A DNA stretch of 64,000 nucleotides from Acidimicrobiales bacterium (GCA_036271495.1 DATBAO010000120.1:547-64546), one strand, 5' to 3'. Positions 37,577 through 46,693 are shown, counted from the first letter of the stretch. Numbers and translations: made by a program. The notes: generated by a model from the letters alone, not told the origin.

Positions 37577-38529
37577 AGCCCCAGCTCCTCACCCAACGCG
37601 TGAGCCACCTGACGCGTGGTCCGGGCGCCGAAGCTGCGGACGAAGAGGTAGGGCAACAACAGCACGGGCATGCCGTCGGGCAAACCGGCCTGCAGCCGTT
37701 GCAGATGAGCGGAGCGCGTGCGCCGCATGGTCACGGCGAGGCGAGCGGCCTCGAGCACCGGGGCCACGTCGCCACCGGCCCGCTCCGACAGGACCAGCTC
37801 GGCCTCCGGCGCACGCAGCTGTTCGAAGATCTCCTCCTCGCGCTGGCCGAAGAGCTCGGGCAGCACACGGTTCACGACCACAGCCGACATGCGCACCGAC
37901 GTCTCCTCGCGCACCCGCTGCTCCAGCTCGAGCGTCTCGCTGACCGGCATCTCCTCGGGTGTGCAGACGGCGACGAGCCCCGTCTGGCGCGGGTCCGAGA
38001 GGATGTCGAGCATCCAGTCGGTCTGGCTCCGGATGAGCCCGACCTTGACCAGGTCGTTGATGGCCTGGGGCGCCGCCAGCTGCCCGACGATGTGCCCGCT
38101 GGCCGGCGCGTCCACCACGACGAGGTCGTAGTGGCGCTCCCTGACCTCCCAGCAGAACTTCCCGACGGTCAGGATCTCCCGCACGCCCGGCGCTGCCGTG
38201 GCGACGAAATCGAAGGCCTTGGCCAGCGGACCGATCCGGCCCACCACGGGGATCCGGAGGTGCAGCTTGAGGTATTCCCGCAGGGAGGCCTCGGTGTCCA
38301 TCGACATCGACCACACGCCGGGTGCGATCTCCCGCGGTGTGAAGTCGGTCGGCGGCGCTTCGAAGAGTGACGTGACGTCGCCCTTGGCGTCGACCTCGCA
38401 GACCAGCACCCGCTTGCCGCGCTCGGCGGCCAGCTGGGCCAGGCCCGCTGCCACCGTCGTCTTGCCGACGCCACCCTTGCCGGTGACGAACACCAGGCGC
38501 AGGTCCAACAGGTCCGGGGCCACGCTCAC
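37573..38529 (-). CDS. ArsA/Get3-family ATPase (upstream member of the pair)
   Basis: VTGKGGVGKTT P-loop. Start placed at GTG 38527-38529; the longest ORF start at 38619 would overlap DUF3107 by 56 nt. Confidence 0.75.
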   Translation of the reverse strand: MSVAPDLLDLRLVFVTGKGGVGKTTVAAGLAQLAAERGKRVLVCEVDAKGDVTSLFEAPPTDFTPREIAPGVWSMSMDTEASLREYLKLHLRIPVVGRIGPLAKAFDFVATAAPGVREILTVGKFCWEVRERHYDLVVVDAPASGHIVGQLAAPQAINDLVKVGLIRSQTDWMLDILSDPRQTGLVAVCTPEEMPVSETLELEQRVREETSVRMSAVVVNRVLPELFGQREEEIFEQLRAPEAELVLSERAGGDVAPVLEAARLAVTMRRTRSAHLQRLQAGLPDGMPVLLLPYLFVRSFGARTTRQVAHALGEELGL

Positions 38530-38563
38530 CGCCGGCGCGCCTGTCCCGCCGTCACTCCTGTCC

Positions 38564-38800
38564 TCAGGGGGCGCCGAACCCGACGCGGCGGTCGCCCGCC
38601 GGAGCGCCCACTTCCACATAGGCGACCTTGACGACGGGGATACCGACCCGGCGGCCCTTGCGGTCGGTCAGCCAGAGGACCCCGTCACCCGTCTTGAGCA
38701 GCTTCTCGATGTCGGCGACCACCTCGTCGCGGTCGGCATCGTCAGGCATCTCCACTTCGAGTTCCTTGGGGGTGTGGGTGATGCCGATGCGCACGTCCAC
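38564..38800 (-). CDS. DUF3107-family small protein
   Basis: 78 aa, (M)DVRIGITHTPKELEVEMPDDADRDEVVADIEKLL. Typical actinobacterial neighbour of the ArsA-like pair. Confidence 0.7.
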   Translation of the reverse strand: MDVRIGITHTPKELEVEMPDDADRDEVVADIEKLLKTGDGVLWLTDRKGRRVGIPVVKVAYVEVGAPAGDRRVGFGAP

Positions 38801-38936
38801 CTGGTCTCACGCTCCTCTCGACCTGTCGGAAGGTTCCGAGGCCACCTCGACGTTACTGCGACCGGGCAGACTGCTGGACATGGACGGCCCGCGCCCAGTG
38901 GGGAGAACGGATCGCAGTGCCCGCTGGGCAGCGACG

Positions 38937-40064
38937 ATGGCGGGCTACGCCGGTCCCGCCCGCCTGGCCCACGCCGACTCGCACGCCCGTGTGGGACCGC
39001 CTCCCGAAGCCGACCCCGGCTCACCGTCCCAGCAGGACATGCCCCGGGGGCGCTCGGAACGGCGCGAACTCGAGGACTCGTTGCTGGCGCCCGGGGCGAC
39101 GCGCGCCTCCGACGCCGGCACCAGGGCCGAGCCCGAGCCGCCCGATGCCTGGCGCACCTGCTTCGAGCGTGATCGCGACCGCATCCTGCACGCGACGTCG
39201 TTCCGCCGCCTGGCCGGGAAGACCCAGGTGTTCGTCTTCCCCCAGGACCACCAGCGCACCCGCCTCACCCACGCGCTCGAGGTGGCGCAGGTCGCCACGG
39301 CCATCGCCCGGGCCTGCCGCCTGAACGTGGCCCTCACCGAGGCCATCGCGCTCGGCCACGACTGTGGCCACGGCCCGGGTGGGCACGCCAGCGAGGACGC
39401 GCTGGACCCCTACCTGCCCGGCGGCTTCGACCACGCGCCCTGGGGCGCCGAGGTCTCCCTCGCCCCCCTCAACCTGTGTGCCGAGACGGTCGACGGCATC
39501 GCCAATCACAGCTGGTCCCGCCCGGCGCCCTCCACCCCCGAAGGTGAGGTGGTCAGCTGGGCCGACCGGATCGCGTATGTCTGTCACGACTGGGAGGACG
39601 CCGTGCTGTCGGGCATCGTCGCCCCGCATCAGCTCCCCCTGACAGTCCGCGCCCTGTGCGGCGAACGGCGCAGCGCCCAGCTGGGAGCATTCATCAACGG
39701 CGTGGTCTCGGCGTCGCTGCGCACCGGTCAGATCGGCATGGAGGAGGAAGAGGCCGAGGCGTTGGCGGCCTTCCGGACCTGCAACTACGAGCGCATCTAC
39801 CTGCGGGATGCCTCGCTGCGGCAGGGCGACGCGGTGATCAGCGTGCTGCGAGCCCTCGTCGAGCATTTCTCGGACCGCCCGCACCTGATCACGGATCAGG
39901 GCCCGGCAGACGAGGACTCCCCCGACGTCATCGCTGGCAGCGAGCGCGCCGTGCGGGCCGCCGTGACCTACGTGGCGGGCATGACGGATCGGTTCGCCTT
40001 CCGTCAGGCCGTGGCGCTGCTGGGCTGGGACCCGGCGAAGCTCCCGGCCGGCGTCGACGCCTGA
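38937..40064 (+). CDS. dgt: dGTP triphosphohydrolase-like HD-domain protein
   Basis: FERDRDRILHATSFRRLAGKTQVF ... RTRLTHALEVAQV ... LGHDCGHGPGGH (HD motif). Start ATG 38937 is chosen because GC3 is high through 39038; the alternative is ATG 39039. Confidence 0.85.
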   Translation: MAGYAGPARLAHADSHARVGPPPEADPGSPSQQDMPRGRSERRELEDSLLAPGATRASDAGTRAEPEPPDAWRTCFERDRDRILHATSFRRLAGKTQVFVFPQDHQRTRLTHALEVAQVATAIARACRLNVALTEAIALGHDCGHGPGGHASEDALDPYLPGGFDHAPWGAEVSLAPLNLCAETVDGIANHSWSRPAPSTPEGEVVSWADRIAYVCHDWEDAVLSGIVAPHQLPLTVRALCGERRSAQLGAFINGVVSASLRTGQIGMEEEEAEALAAFRTCNYERIYLRDASLRQGDAVISVLRALVEHFSDRPHLITDQGPADEDSPDVIAGSERAVRAAVTYVAGMTDRFAFRQAVALLGWDPAKLPAGVDA

Positions 40065-40080
40065 ACGCCCGCAGTCGGGC

Positions 40081-40917
40081 TCAGGCCGGCGCGTCGGGGA
40101 AGGCGGGCGGCCGCTTCTCCGTCAATGCGGCGACGCCTTCTGCGAAGTCGGCGCCTTTCATCATGTCGGCCATGCGGGCGCTGGCGTCGCGCACCGACGA
40201 GGCGACGTCGCCGTGCAGGTCGCGGTAGAGCTGCAGCTTGGTCACGGCCAATGAGGACGGCGCGACCTCGGTAGCGAGCCGTCCGGCGTACTCGTAGGTG
40301 AAAGGCAGGAGCTCCTCGGGCGGCAGTGCCCGGTTGACCAGCCCGAGCTGCTCCGCCTCCTCGGCCAGCACCACCCGGCTCGACAGGAGCAGGTCGGCCG
40401 CCCGGGTGACGCCGACCAGGCGGGGCAGCAGCCACGACAGCCCGTACTCGGCCGGCAGGCCAAGCCGGCCATGGGACGTGGTCAATTTCGCCCCACGCGC
40501 CGCGAAACGCAGGTCGCAGTAGCACGCGAGCACCAGCCCGACCCCGGCGGCCGGGCCGTTGATCGCCGCGATGATCGGCTTGGGGATGCCGAACTGCGAG
40601 GCGAAGTCGGCGTCGAACTCGGGACGGACGCCGTAGCCCGGCCGGGCGACGTCGTCGTCGAGCCCGTCGTCGTACGCGCCGCGGGCGACATGCCCTTCCA
40701 GCGCCCGCGCGTCGGCGCCGGCGCAGAAGCCGCGTCCGGCTCCCGTGACGACAATGACCCGGACCCCGGCATCGGTGGCCGCACGCTGCAACAACCAGCG
40801 GTACTCCGCATGCATGCGGCCGGTCCACGCGTTGAGCCGCTCCGGCCGGTGCAAGGTGATGGTGGCGACATGGGCGTCCACCGCGTACCGGGTCACCTTG
40901 AGCTCGGTCAGCTCCAC
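40081..40917 (-). CDS. Enoyl-CoA hydratase/isomerase family protein
   Basis: GTG 40915-40917 lies 1 nt after the upstream stop. ITLHRPERLNAW ... VVTGAGRGFCAGAD crotonase signature. Confidence 0.85.
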   Translation of the reverse strand: MELTELKVTRYAVDAHVATITLHRPERLNAWTGRMHAEYRWLLQRAATDAGVRVIVVTGAGRGFCAGADARALEGHVARGAYDDGLDDDVARPGYGVRPEFDADFASQFGIPKPIIAAINGPAAGVGLVLACYCDLRFAARGAKLTTSHGRLGLPAEYGLSWLLPRLVGVTRAADLLLSSRVVLAEEAEQLGLVNRALPPEELLPFTYEYAGRLATEVAPSSLAVTKLQLYRDLHGDVASSVRDASARMADMMKGADFAEGVAALTEKRPPAFPDAPA

Positions 40918-40918
40918 G

Positions 40919-41209
40919 TCAGTCCAGGGTGCTGTAGCGGGCCAGGTGGAACGTGCCGGCCTCCAGGGCGAGGCCGAACTCGGCCTGGAGCGGGTGACCC
41001 TCCATGGCGCGCTGGAACGCGGCGGCCGCCTCATCGGTGGACCACAGGGTCACGACCACCCAGTCGTCACCGTGGCGGGCGGTCGTCCGCCGCATGAAGC
41101 CGGGCTGGTTCGGCACGAGCTCCGTCTGCACGCGCCGGTCCAGCGCAAGGAAAGACTCGTCTGAGACGCCTTCGGCCAACCTGAACCTGGTGATCTCGAC
41201 GATCGACAT
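40919..41209 (-). CDS. ABM-domain (antibiotic biosynthesis monooxygenase-like) protein
   Basis: 96 aa, MSIVEITRFRLAEGVSDESFLALDRR ... VVVTLWSTDEAAAAF. Confidence 0.6.
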   Translation of the reverse strand: MSIVEITRFRLAEGVSDESFLALDRRVQTELVPNQPGFMRRTTARHGDDWVVVTLWSTDEAAAAFQRAMEGHPLQAEFGLALEAGTFHLARYSTLD

Positions 41210-41212
41210 CGA

Positions 41213-41563
41213 TCAGGCCTGGACCAGCATGACGGGGTTGCCTTCGGGGTCGGTGATGCCGGCGAGCGTCGGGCCTCCGGGGACGTCGAAAGGCTCGGCC
41301 ACAATGGAGGCGCCCAGCGACACCGAACGATCGAGCGAGGCGCGCAGATCGGCCACCTGGACGTAGAGCGTGACGCCCGAGCGCTCGCTGCCGCGGATGT
41401 GGCCGCCGGGTCCTGGCTCGGGACCACCGATCCCCGGAGGGATCTCCATGATGAACCCGTCGCCGATGTCCCAGTTGAAGAGGTCGGCGTAGAAGGCCCG
41501 CTGCCGCTCGGGGTCGATCGCCTCAATCTCCCAATGCACCACCGGCCGCGGCCAATCCTGCAC
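41213..41563 (-). CDS. VOC/glyoxalase-family protein
   Basis: 116 aa. VVHWEIEAIDPERQRAFYADLFNW ... GITDPEGNPVMLVQ. Confidence 0.8.
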   Translation of the reverse strand: MQDWPRPVVHWEIEAIDPERQRAFYADLFNWDIGDGFIMEIPPGIGGPEPGPGGHIRGSERSGVTLYVQVADLRASLDRSVSLGASIVAEPFDVPGGPTLAGITDPEGNPVMLVQA

Positions 41564-41803
41564 CTGTCACCTCCCCTCGTCGCGGGCCCACAGTACCCAG
41601 CCGACGCCGGCCCGACCCGGGCGTCTCCCGACCGCGCCCTGCTGCGTGAACAGGCGCCGGTATCGTGGGAACGGCATCGTGCGGCAGGCGGCGGCCATGC
41701 AGCCCTGCGGTGCCGAGGCAGGCGCTCTCTCGGCATTGCGACCCGGAGTGGCACAGAGCTGGCAGGACGCTCCCCAAAAGTGGTTCGGCCCGGAAAAAAG
41801 AGG

Positions 41804-41822
41804 GCGAAAATGTTTCGCGAAA
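41804..41822. promoter_or_regulatory. Overlapping palindromes GCGAAA-ATG-TTTCGC and TTTCGCGAAA in the long leader of the diguanylate cyclase gene
   Basis: Read directly. GGGTACCC (41835-41842) and CTGCTGCAGCAG (41883-41894) follow in the same 371-bp non-coding stretch. Confidence 0.3.
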
Positions 41823-41934
41823 CGGACCAGCGAGGGGTACCCTTTCAGCGCAGTTTCGGGTCTGGCACGCCCGGGGCGCAGCCTGCTGCAGCAGTTGGCG
41901 ATATGGGCGAGACGGCAGAGGAAGGACGCACAGG

Positions 41935-43542
41935 GTGACCCACTGGACAAATGTTCTGTCCAACGTCTCACTGGTGGAGTTCGTCCTCCTGGCGGCGCTC
42001 ACGACCCTGCAGTGGGTCCGTCACCGGATCCGCGGCGCCGGCTGGGTCGCACTTTCCTTCGCCATCCTCGGCGGCCTGTCGCTGGCACTCAAGATCGACC
42101 CCGGGTTGGTGGCCAACCAGAACGTGGCCAAGGCGCTCATTGCGCTGCTCCTCGTCATGCCGTACTGCCTCTTCCGCTTCGCTGCGACCTTCCGCGTTCC
42201 GAGCCGCACGGTTCGCTACCTGGCCGTCGTCCTCACGGTGGGCATCGTGCTCTTCACGTTCACGCTGCAGTACTTGCCGACTCCGGGCTTCCCGTCTCCT
42301 CCGCACTACCTGGCCTATCGGATCTCCTTCCTCGTCGCGTTCGGATTCCTCTGCGGCTACGTGGTCGTGTCCCTGTTTCTCGCCGGACGCGGCGAGCCGC
42401 CGATCGCCGCGTCACGCATGCACCTCTTGGCGATCGCGGTGGCCGGACTGGAGATTCAGGTCGTCGTCGCCGCGCTCGGGCTCCAAGGGCCGACCGTCGA
42501 CCTCATCACCCAGGCCCTGACCGTCGCCACGGGCGTGCTGTTCCTGGTGGCACTGGTCCTCCCTTCCTTCGTCCGCGTCTTCTTGAGCCGCAAGGAGGAC
42601 GACGCCTTCCGCCGTGCGATCGGCGAGCTGGTGTCCGCCGGCGACTCGCGTGACGTGGCCGAGCACCTCCTTCCGCACGTCTGTGCCGTCGTCGGGGCGT
42701 CGTGGGCGGCCCTGCTTGCCAACGACGGCACGGTCGTCGCGCGCTACCCGGTCTGGACCGATGACGACGAATCCGGTGCGACACACGGCGACAGCGGTGC
42801 CCGGGACGAACGGCGGATCACCGTCCAGACTCCCAGCGGCGCCACCCACGCGCTTGTCGTGAAGATCAGTTCGTCCATGCCGTACTTCGGCAGCGAGGAG
42901 CTGCGCCAGCTCGACCAGCTGGCCGGCATGGTCGGTCTGGCCATCGAGCGCTGCGAAATGGCGGAGCAGATGGCCTACCAGGCCTCCCACGACGGGCTGA
43001 CCGGGTTGGCCAACCGCACCATGTTCATGGAGCGCCTGGACGAGGCGATGCACCATGTGGGGCGCCGGCGGGCCTCGCTGGCCGTGCTGTTCATCGACCT
43101 CGACCGCTTCAAGCTCGTGAACGACCGGGCGGATCATTCCGCCGGCGATCAGGTCCTGCACGAAATGGCCAACCGCCTCACCGAGATGACCCGCGGCGTC
43201 GACCTCGTGGCGCGCTTCGGCGGCGACGAGTTCGTGGCCTTCGCCGAGGTCGACCACGAGACCGACGCACTGGACATGGCCGAGCGCATCCGCACCGGGC
43301 TCAGCGCCCCCGTATCCGTCGGCGGAGGACACCTCGTGGTGACGGCCAGCGTCGGTGTCGTCATGACGACCGACGGGTCGACATCGCCGGCCGCGTTGCT
43401 GCGCGACGCCGACAACGCCATGTACGAGGCGAAGCGGTCAGGCCGCGATCAAGTCGTGCTCTTCCACAGCAATGCCCGCGAGGCAGCCGACCGCAAGTGG
43501 GGACTGACCCCCGCCCGGGCCCGCCGCCTCAACGCAGGCTGA
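41935..43542 (+). CDS. Membrane-bound diguanylate cyclase (multi-TM N-terminus, GAF-like middle domain, GGDEF with I-site)
   Basis: GTG 41935 is preceded by gaggaagga. The upstream in-frame part of the track ORF is Arg-rich junk. RGVD-LVARF-GGDEF (RxxD I-site plus active site). Confidence 0.85.
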   Translation: MTHWTNVLSNVSLVEFVLLAALTTLQWVRHRIRGAGWVALSFAILGGLSLALKIDPGLVANQNVAKALIALLLVMPYCLFRFAATFRVPSRTVRYLAVVLTVGIVLFTFTLQYLPTPGFPSPPHYLAYRISFLVAFGFLCGYVVVSLFLAGRGEPPIAASRMHLLAIAVAGLEIQVVVAALGLQGPTVDLITQALTVATGVLFLVALVLPSFVRVFLSRKEDDAFRRAIGELVSAGDSRDVAEHLLPHVCAVVGASWAALLANDGTVVARYPVWTDDDESGATHGDSGARDERRITVQTPSGATHALVVKISSSMPYFGSEELRQLDQLAGMVGLAIERCEMAEQMAYQASHDGLTGLANRTMFMERLDEAMHHVGRRRASLAVLFIDLDRFKLVNDRADHSAGDQVLHEMANRLTEMTRGVDLVARFGGDEFVAFAEVDHETDALDMAERIRTGLSAPVSVGGGHLVVTASVGVVMTTDGSTSPAALLRDADNAMYEAKRSGRDQVVLFHSNAREAADRKWGLTPARARRLNAG

Positions 43543-44692
43543 GCTCCCGTCGGTAGACCCGCGCCGGGCCGAGCGCCGCCAGCTTGTCGGCGATGGAGCG
43601 GAAGGCCTGGGCCGTCTCGGCCTCCGGGTCGACCGCAGTCACCGGCCGGCCCTCGTCGCCACCCTGGCGTACCGCGTTGACGAGCGGGACCTGGCCCAGC
43701 AGGGGGACCCCGAGGTCAGCGGCGAGCGTGGCGCCCCCGCCGCTTCCGAAGAGCTCGTAGCGCTTGTCGTCATCGCCCGTGAACCAGCTCATGTTCTCGA
43801 TGACGCCACGCACGGAGAGCTTGAGCCGCCGCGCGGCGAACGCCGAGCGCTGGGCCACGCGCTGCGCGGCGGCCTGCGGCGTCGTCACGACGATGATCTC
43901 CGCCCGCGGCATGACCTCGGCGAGCGTGAGGGCGACGTCGCCCGTGCCGGGCGGCATGTCGATGAGGACGAAGTCCGGCTCGCCCCAGTACGCGTCAGTC
44001 AGGAACTGCTGAATCGCCTTGTGCAGCATCGGGCCACGCCAGATGACCGGCTGGTCGTCCGGCACGAAGTAGCCCATGGAGAGGCACTTGACGCCGTGGG
44101 CCGATGTCGGGATCACCATGTCGCCGATGATGATCGGGTCGTGATCGGTCCCGAGCATCTTCGGCACCGAGAAGCCGTAGACGTCGGCGTCGAGGAGCCC
44201 GACCTGATGCCCGGCCTGCGCCAGCGCGATGGCCAGGTTCACCGTCACCGTGGACTTGCCGACGCCGCCCTTGCCCGACGAGACCCCGATGACGCGCGTC
44301 TTGGAGTCCGGTCCGAGAAAGGCCGGCATCGGTGCCGCGGGCGCATGCCCGTGGCCGTCGTGGTCATGCCCGTGGCCGTCATCTGAACCCGGGTCGGCAT
44401 CACTACCGCCTCGGAGCCGGTGCCGGAGCTCGGCGCGCTCCTCGTCGTTCATGACGACGAAGTCGAGCGCAATCTCCTCCGCCCCCGCCACGGAGCCCGC
44501 GGCGCGGTGGATCTCCTCGGCCAATTCGTCCGTGCCGGGCCAGGCGGCGACGGGCAGGGCCACCTCAATCTGCACCCGGCGGCGGCGCGGCTTGACCGAT
44601 CGCACCAGGCCGAGGTCGCCAAGCGTCAGGCCTATCTCCGGCTCCCGGACCGCGCTCACTGCGGCCTCAAGCTGTGATTGGTCTGCTGCCAT
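43529..44692 (-). CDS. mrp: Mrp/ApbC-family Fe-S cluster carrier ATPase (DUF59 N-domain + P-loop) with a His/Asp-rich linker
   Basis: Start at ATG 44690-44692 (MAADQSQLEAAVSAVREPEIGLTLGDLGLV). SGKGGVGKST deviant Walker A. Linker GSDDGHGHDHDGHGHAP. Confidence 0.9.
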   Translation of the reverse strand: MAADQSQLEAAVSAVREPEIGLTLGDLGLVRSVKPRRRRVQIEVALPVAAWPGTDELAEEIHRAAGSVAGAEEIALDFVVMNDEERAELRHRLRGGSDADPGSDDGHGHDHDGHGHAPAAPMPAFLGPDSKTRVIGVSSGKGGVGKSTVTVNLAIALAQAGHQVGLLDADVYGFSVPKMLGTDHDPIIIGDMVIPTSAHGVKCLSMGYFVPDDQPVIWRGPMLHKAIQQFLTDAYWGEPDFVLIDMPPGTGDVALTLAEVMPRAEIIVVTTPQAAAQRVAQRSAFAARRLKLSVRGVIENMSWFTGDDDKRYELFGSGGGATLAADLGVPLLGQVPLVNAVRQGGDEGRPVTAVDPEAETAQAFRSIADKLAALGPARVYRRELSLR

Positions 44693-44734
44693 GCACTCCC
44701 TCGTCTCGGGTCGGATCGGGCTACCCGTGCACAC

Positions 44735-44755
44735 GGCGACGCCCTTCGCGTCGCC
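44735..44755. promoter_or_regulatory. Inverted repeat GGCGACGC-CCTTC-GCGTCGCC in the mrp / ArsR-like divergent intergenic region
   Basis: Read directly. 8-bp arms, 39 nt upstream of GTG 44794 and 43 nt upstream of the mrp ATG. Confidence 0.3.
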
Positions 44756-44793
44756 CCTGCTGGAGGGGCTGATCCCTCGGTAGACTACCCAGC

Positions 44794-45540
44794 GTGAGCA
44801 CCGCTCCGATCATCGCGGAGGCTGAGGGACCAGCCGGTGCGGACGACGGCCGGTTCAGTGCAGCCGTGGCCGCCGTCGCCGCCGCATTCGGCGATCCGAC
44901 CCGCCGTGACATCTTCCTGCACGTGCGTGCGGTGCCCGGAGCGACGGCGAGCGAGGTGGCCGCTACCTTCTCCCTGCACCCCAACGTGGCCCGCCACCAC
45001 CTGCAGCGGCTGGTCGACGGTGGCTATGTCCGGGTCGAAACCGGGCGCAACGCCAGCGGGGCGGGCCGCCCGTCCAAGCGCTACTTCTGCGTCGAGGAGG
45101 AGCTGCATCTCGGCCTGATGCAGCGCCGCGACGACCTGCTCATGCGCCTCCTCGGCGAGGCGATGCGGCGGCTCGGACCGGAAGAGGCCGAAGCGATGGC
45201 AGCACACGTCGGTGAGGAATACGGACGTTCGCTGGCCTCGCGGATGACGCCGAGCGAGGGGCAGCGGACGGTGCGCGCCGCGATGCACGTGGTGGCCGAG
45301 ACGCTCACGGCCCACGGCTTCGCCGCCCACGCCGAGGACCGGGGCGAGACCACGGCCGTCATCGCTGAGCAATGTCCCTTCGGCGATGCCAGCAGCACCA
45401 ATCCCGTGTTGTGCGCGGTGGACCGCGGCATGGTCAAAGGCTTGCTCGCCGGGCTCTGCGGCAGCGCGTCGCGCCAGGCATTGCCGGTGATCCTCTCCTC
45501 GCGGGCGCGGGGCGACGACACCTGCGCCGCCTCCGCCTGA
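44794..45540 (+). CDS. ArsR-type winged-HTH transcriptional regulator with Cys-containing C-terminal domain (SufR-like)
   Basis: FGDPTRRDIFLHV ... ASEVAATFSLHPNVARHHLQRLVDGGYV (HTH). C-terminal CPFGD ... LCAVDRG ... C ... DDTC cysteines. Confidence 0.68.
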   Translation: MSTAPIIAEAEGPAGADDGRFSAAVAAVAAAFGDPTRRDIFLHVRAVPGATASEVAATFSLHPNVARHHLQRLVDGGYVRVETGRNASGAGRPSKRYFCVEEELHLGLMQRRDDLLMRLLGEAMRRLGPEEAEAMAAHVGEEYGRSLASRMTPSEGQRTVRAAMHVVAETLTAHGFAAHAEDRGETTAVIAEQCPFGDASSTNPVLCAVDRGMVKGLLAGLCGSASRQALPVILSSRARGDDTCAASA

Positions 45541-45547
45541 GCCGCCG

Positions 45548-46693
45548 GTGGCGCGCGCCTATCTCGACCACGCCAGCACGACCCCGCCGCGTCCGGAAGC
45601 CGTCGCCGCGCTGATGCAGTGGGCCGCCCTGCCGACGGGCGATCCGGGACGGGTCCACGAGGAAGGGCGTGTCAACCGGGACGCCCTCGAGGCGGCACGC
45701 AGCGAGGTGGCTGCCCTGGTGCAGGTGGCCGCCCGTCAGGTGGTCTTCACATCGGGTGGGACCGAATCGATCAACGCCGCCGTATGGGGCGCGACGCGTG
45801 CCGCCCCCGGCCTCCCGGTGCTCTGCGCCGCCGTGGAGCACTCGGCGGTCCGTGACGCCTCGGCCCGACTGGCACCGATCGAAGACATTCCCGTGGACGG
45901 CACCGGACAACTCCAGGTCGATGTGTTGCGGGAGCGCCTGCAGGCACATTCGCTGCCGCGGCCCGCGCTCGTGCATTGTCAATGGGGCAACCACGAAGTC
46001 GGCACGCTCCAACCCGTCCAGGAAGTGGTCGCGCTCTGCCGGGAAGCCGGCGTCACGGTCCACGTGGACGCCGCGGCCGCGTGCGGGCACGTGCCACTGG
46101 ACCTGGCGGCGCTGCAGGCCGACCTGGTCAGCGTCAGCGCGCACAAGCTTGGTGGGGTGCCCGGTGCCGGTGCGCTGATCGTCCGGCGCGGCAGCCGATT
46201 CGATCCGCTCCTGGTGGGCGGCGAACAGGAGCGGGCCCGTCGGGCCGGGCTCGAGGCGCTCCCGGCTCTCCTGGCCTTCGGTGCCGCGGCAGCGGCGCTG
46301 GCCGAGGGCAGCAGCGAAGCGATGGCGTTGGAGTCCGTCGCGGCGCGCCGTCAGATCGGTTCCGTCGTCGATGCGGCGCTGACCGTGGAGGGGGTCACGG
46401 TCGTCGGACCGCCGGCTGAGGGGCGACTCCCCCACATCGTGTGCCTCGGCGTCGAGGGCGTCGAGGCCGAGCCGGTGCTCATCGGGCTGGACCGGGCCGG
46501 TGTCGCCGTCCACTCCGGCTCCGCCTGCTCCTCTGAGAGCATCGAACCGTCTCCCGTGCTCGAGGCCATGGGCGTCGACCCCAGCCACTCCCTCCGGGTC
46601 AGCGTCGGCTGGACCACGACAGACGCCGACTGCGCCGCCTTCGCCCGGGAGTTCCCCCGCGTCGTTGCCGATCTGCGGGCGCTACGGAGCTGA
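45548..46693 (+). CDS. Cysteine desulfurase (class V aminotransferase, NifS/IscS-like)
   Basis: AYLDHASTTP, SAHKLGG (PLP lysine), HSGSACSSES (catalytic Cys loop). Confidence 0.85.
   Translation: MARAYLDHASTTPPRPEAVAALMQWAALPTGDPGRVHEEGRVNRDALEAARSEVAALVQVAARQVVFTSGGTESINAAVWGATRAAPGLPVLCAAVEHSAVRDASARLAPIEDIPVDGTGQLQVDVLRERLQAHSLPRPALVHCQWGNHEVGTLQPVQEVVALCREAGVTVHVDAAAACGHVPLDLAALQADLVSVSAHKLGGVPGAGALIVRRGSRFDPLLVGGEQERARRAGLEALPALLAFGAAAAALAEGSSEAMALESVAARRQIGSVVDAALTVEGVTVVGPPAEGRLPHIVCLGVEGVEAEPVLIGLDRAGVAVHSGSACSSESIEPSPVLEAMGVDPSHSLRVSVGWTTTDADCAAFAREFPRVVADLRALRS

Noticed and set aside
41926-41935. ACGCACAGGG string resembling the 5' end of a GEMM-I c-di-GMP riboswitch (Vc2) just before the GGDEF gene
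   Set aside because: It is only a 10-nt coincidence overlapping the RBS/start codon. I could not find the two hairpins with a GNRA tetraloop and receptor, or the conserved GCAAA/ACGCAAAGCC elements. It needs cmscan to be formally excluded.
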